This document shows positions 21,567 through 22,955 of a stretch of DNA of 22,955 nt, piece by piece. The position numbers and the translations under genes are program-made. Position 1 is the stretch's first letter; each line of letters begins with the position of its first letter. Under the pieces are notes generated by a model. The model was given only the letters and a program-made list of their open reading frames with translations. It ran no database searches and was not told the DNA's origin. The DNA is from a virus: IMG/VR virus record IMGVR_UViG_3300031368_000015, positions 1 to 22,955 of that record, one strand, 5' to 3'.

Positions 21567-22237
21567 TGGAACAACAATTTTATAATAAACAGTACACCCG
21601 TACCCAGGTAAAGAACAATATCCTGAAAGTATGGGACGCAACCAATGAGACGGACCGTTTTGACTGGTATAAGGCTGCAAATGATTTTGCACACGGGTTG
21701 GCTAATATAGCACCTAGCAATGATGGATATCATTTAGACGTTGCCAGGGCGTGCGGTGTAATTGCAGCCCTGAGTCCGATGGTACATTGGAATCGGAATA
21801 AGAAATTGGCACGTGAATTGATTGAAGACTCTAAGTTATTGAACGTGTGGATAATAGTTGATCATATGGCATGCTTAAAAGCCAATGCTCGCAAAGCAGC
21901 GGCTATCTTATTAAGCGATGGCAGCGATGATGCAATTTTAGATATCCTGAAAGGCAAAAAGACAAGTGCATTCTTTCTAAATATCTTATATCCTAACAAA
22001 GCAATATCTTTGACAATGGATAGACACGCAATATCTATTGCCCTGGGCAGGAAAATCACAAAGGGTGAAGAGAAGTATTTACAGCTAACTGCCGGACAGT
22101 ACAAGTTCTTAGTTGAATGCTATAGATGGACAGCTGCAAAGCTTAAAGTCAATCCACTGATTTTACAATCAGCTACCTGGGTATTGTGGAGAAAAGAAGG
22201 CAGAAACACTGAATTACCTTATTATCTTGATTTTTAG
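21566..22237 (+). CDS. Phage protein with a helix-hairpin-helix DNA-glycosylase-like signature
   Basis: WY...IAALSP...W..N, LKGKKTSAFFLNI, TMDRHA and LQSATW form an HhH-like GxKT followed by a D-x-H motif. The activity is uncertain. Confidence 0.6.
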   Translation: MEQQFYNKQYTRTQVKNNILKVWDATNETDRFDWYKAANDFAHGLANIAPSNDGYHLDVARACGVIAALSPMVHWNRNKKLARELIEDSKLLNVWIIVDHMACLKANARKAAAILLSDGSDDAILDILKGKKTSAFFLNILYPNKAISLTMDRHAISIALGRKITKGEEKYLQLTAGQYKFLVECYRWTAAKLKVNPLILQSATWVLWRKEGRNTELPYYLDF

Positions 22238-22329
22238 TCAACAGCCGCCGGGACGTCGGTATATAAAAGCAAAAGTGTATAAGCTATGCATGAGTAGTAC
22301 GTCCTAATATGCATTTACACAATAATAAT

Positions 22330-22388
22330 GCCAGTTAACGGGCAGCCTGAAATAATAAGGGCGAAGGGTTCGAATCCCTTTACTGGCA
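22330..22388 (+). ncRNA. D-armless mini-tRNA (59 nt)
   Basis: GCCAGTT...AAGGG-TTCGAAT-CCCTT-TACTGGC-A-CGA: 6-bp acceptor plus mismatch, canonical T-arm, and a short 4-bp arm with a 10-nt loop in place of the D and anticodon arms. Confidence 0.7.
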
Positions 22389-22413
22389 CGACTTTTAATT
22401 AAATACAATTATA

Positions 22414-22620
22414 ATGAAAGACAAATTTAACTTAAATGGCATTGATTACAAGGTAGTTAATGGTTTAGTTTACAAGCAATCACAGGGTATATTAGACCCA
22501 TGTTACAAAGGTGACAGTAGTGTATTGGATGAGTTTTGCAGAATACATAGCTTAACACTATATCAGAGGCCTAAAGGTGTTCATGCATACGGTAACCAGC
22601 ACGGATTACGTACGCAATAG
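22414..22620 (+). CDS. Hypothetical protein
   Basis: 68 aa between two mini-tRNAs; AT-rich start. Confidence 0.7.
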   Translation: MKDKFNLNGIDYKVVNGLVYKQSQGILDPCYKGDSSVLDEFCRIHSLTLYQRPKGVHAYGNQHGLRTQ

Positions 22621-22660
22621 CCAGTATGGTATCTGCCTGGGTCCGACTCCCGGGCTGGCA
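22620..22660 (+). ncRNA. Mini-tRNA (41 nt)
   Basis: GCCAGT-ATGGTATCTGC-CTGGG-TCCGACT-CCCGG-GCTGGC-A-CGA. Confidence 0.7.
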
Positions 22661-22682
22661 CGACGTTTAACTAATATTTAAT

Positions 22683-22892
22683 ATGATGAAAGTAAGAAAT
22701 GTAATTAGTGTCATTTTGATTATTTTAGGATGGTTAGCTTTAATTTTATGGATAGCCTGGTCAGACTGGAAAGATTTTAGCGCAGCTATAGAGAAGTTCA
22801 AAGATGTGTTTTTCAATGTACTAACCGGATTCACAGGCGTGATTGTAATAATAGGATTTATTATGGGCGGCGTGTTAATTTGGAAAGATTAG
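22683..22892 (+). CDS. Two-TM membrane protein
   Basis: Two hydrophobic stretches flank a charged loop. Confidence 0.75.
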   Translation: MMKVRNVISVILIILGWLALILWIAWSDWKDFSAAIEKFKDVFFNVLTGFTGVIVIIGFIMGGVLIWKD

Positions 22893-22934
22893 CTATTATG
22901 GTACTGGGCCTGGGTTCGACTCCCAGGCATAGCA
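22892..22934 (+). ncRNA. Mini-tRNA (43 nt)
   Basis: GCTAT-TATGGTACTGG-GCCTGGG-TTCGACT-CCCAGGC-ATAGC-A-CAA: a 12-bp coaxial helix (5+7). Confidence 0.7.
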
Positions 22935-22955
22935 CAAATATGTTTAATTAATATT

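Noticed and set aside
22414-22892. TAG stop-codon reassignment (as in some crAss-like phages)
   Set aside because: Long genes are intact under the standard code, readthrough of these TAGs gives only short junk extensions, and no CUA suppressor tRNA is seen.

Overview
This window is a segment of a large dsDNA tailed-phage genome. The host is most likely in Bacteroidota, judging from several TTG/TTTG-N19-20-TAnnTTTG promoters and AT-rich translation starts; the genetic code is standard. Layout from left to right: (i) A minus-strand packaging/head operon (about 1-6820): RHH protein, HNH nuclease, hypothetical protein, terminase large subunit, hypothetical protein, portal, and a truncated Ala-rich probable scaffold. 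(ii) A plus-strand accessory block (7214-16923): metallophosphoesterase, two HNH endonucleases, RyR-domain protein, lipoprotein, HAD/PNK-type phosphatase, holin-like protein and a membrane-anchored caspase/legumain-like protease. (iii) A minus-strand tRNA operon (17190-19626) with three canonical tRNAs, several aberrant ones and a sulfotransferase-like ORF. (iv) A 1.7-kb repeat- and hairpin-rich non-coding region, probably an origin, terminus or control region. (v) The start of a plus-strand probable early operon. The main discoveries are RNA-level and invisible in the ORF track. One is a circularly permuted two-piece tmRNA (3' acceptor piece at about 8600-8699 preceding the 5'/tag piece at 8893-9039; tag GTKVIQLIPQGRFQEAA*) with a roughly 190-nt structured intervening segment, sitting between two HNH genes. 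The other is a family of four 41-59 nt mini-tRNAs (acceptor stem plus T-arm, no normal anticodon arm); two of them begin on the last base of an upstream UAG stop codon. All structure calls were made by eye; no database or folding program was run.
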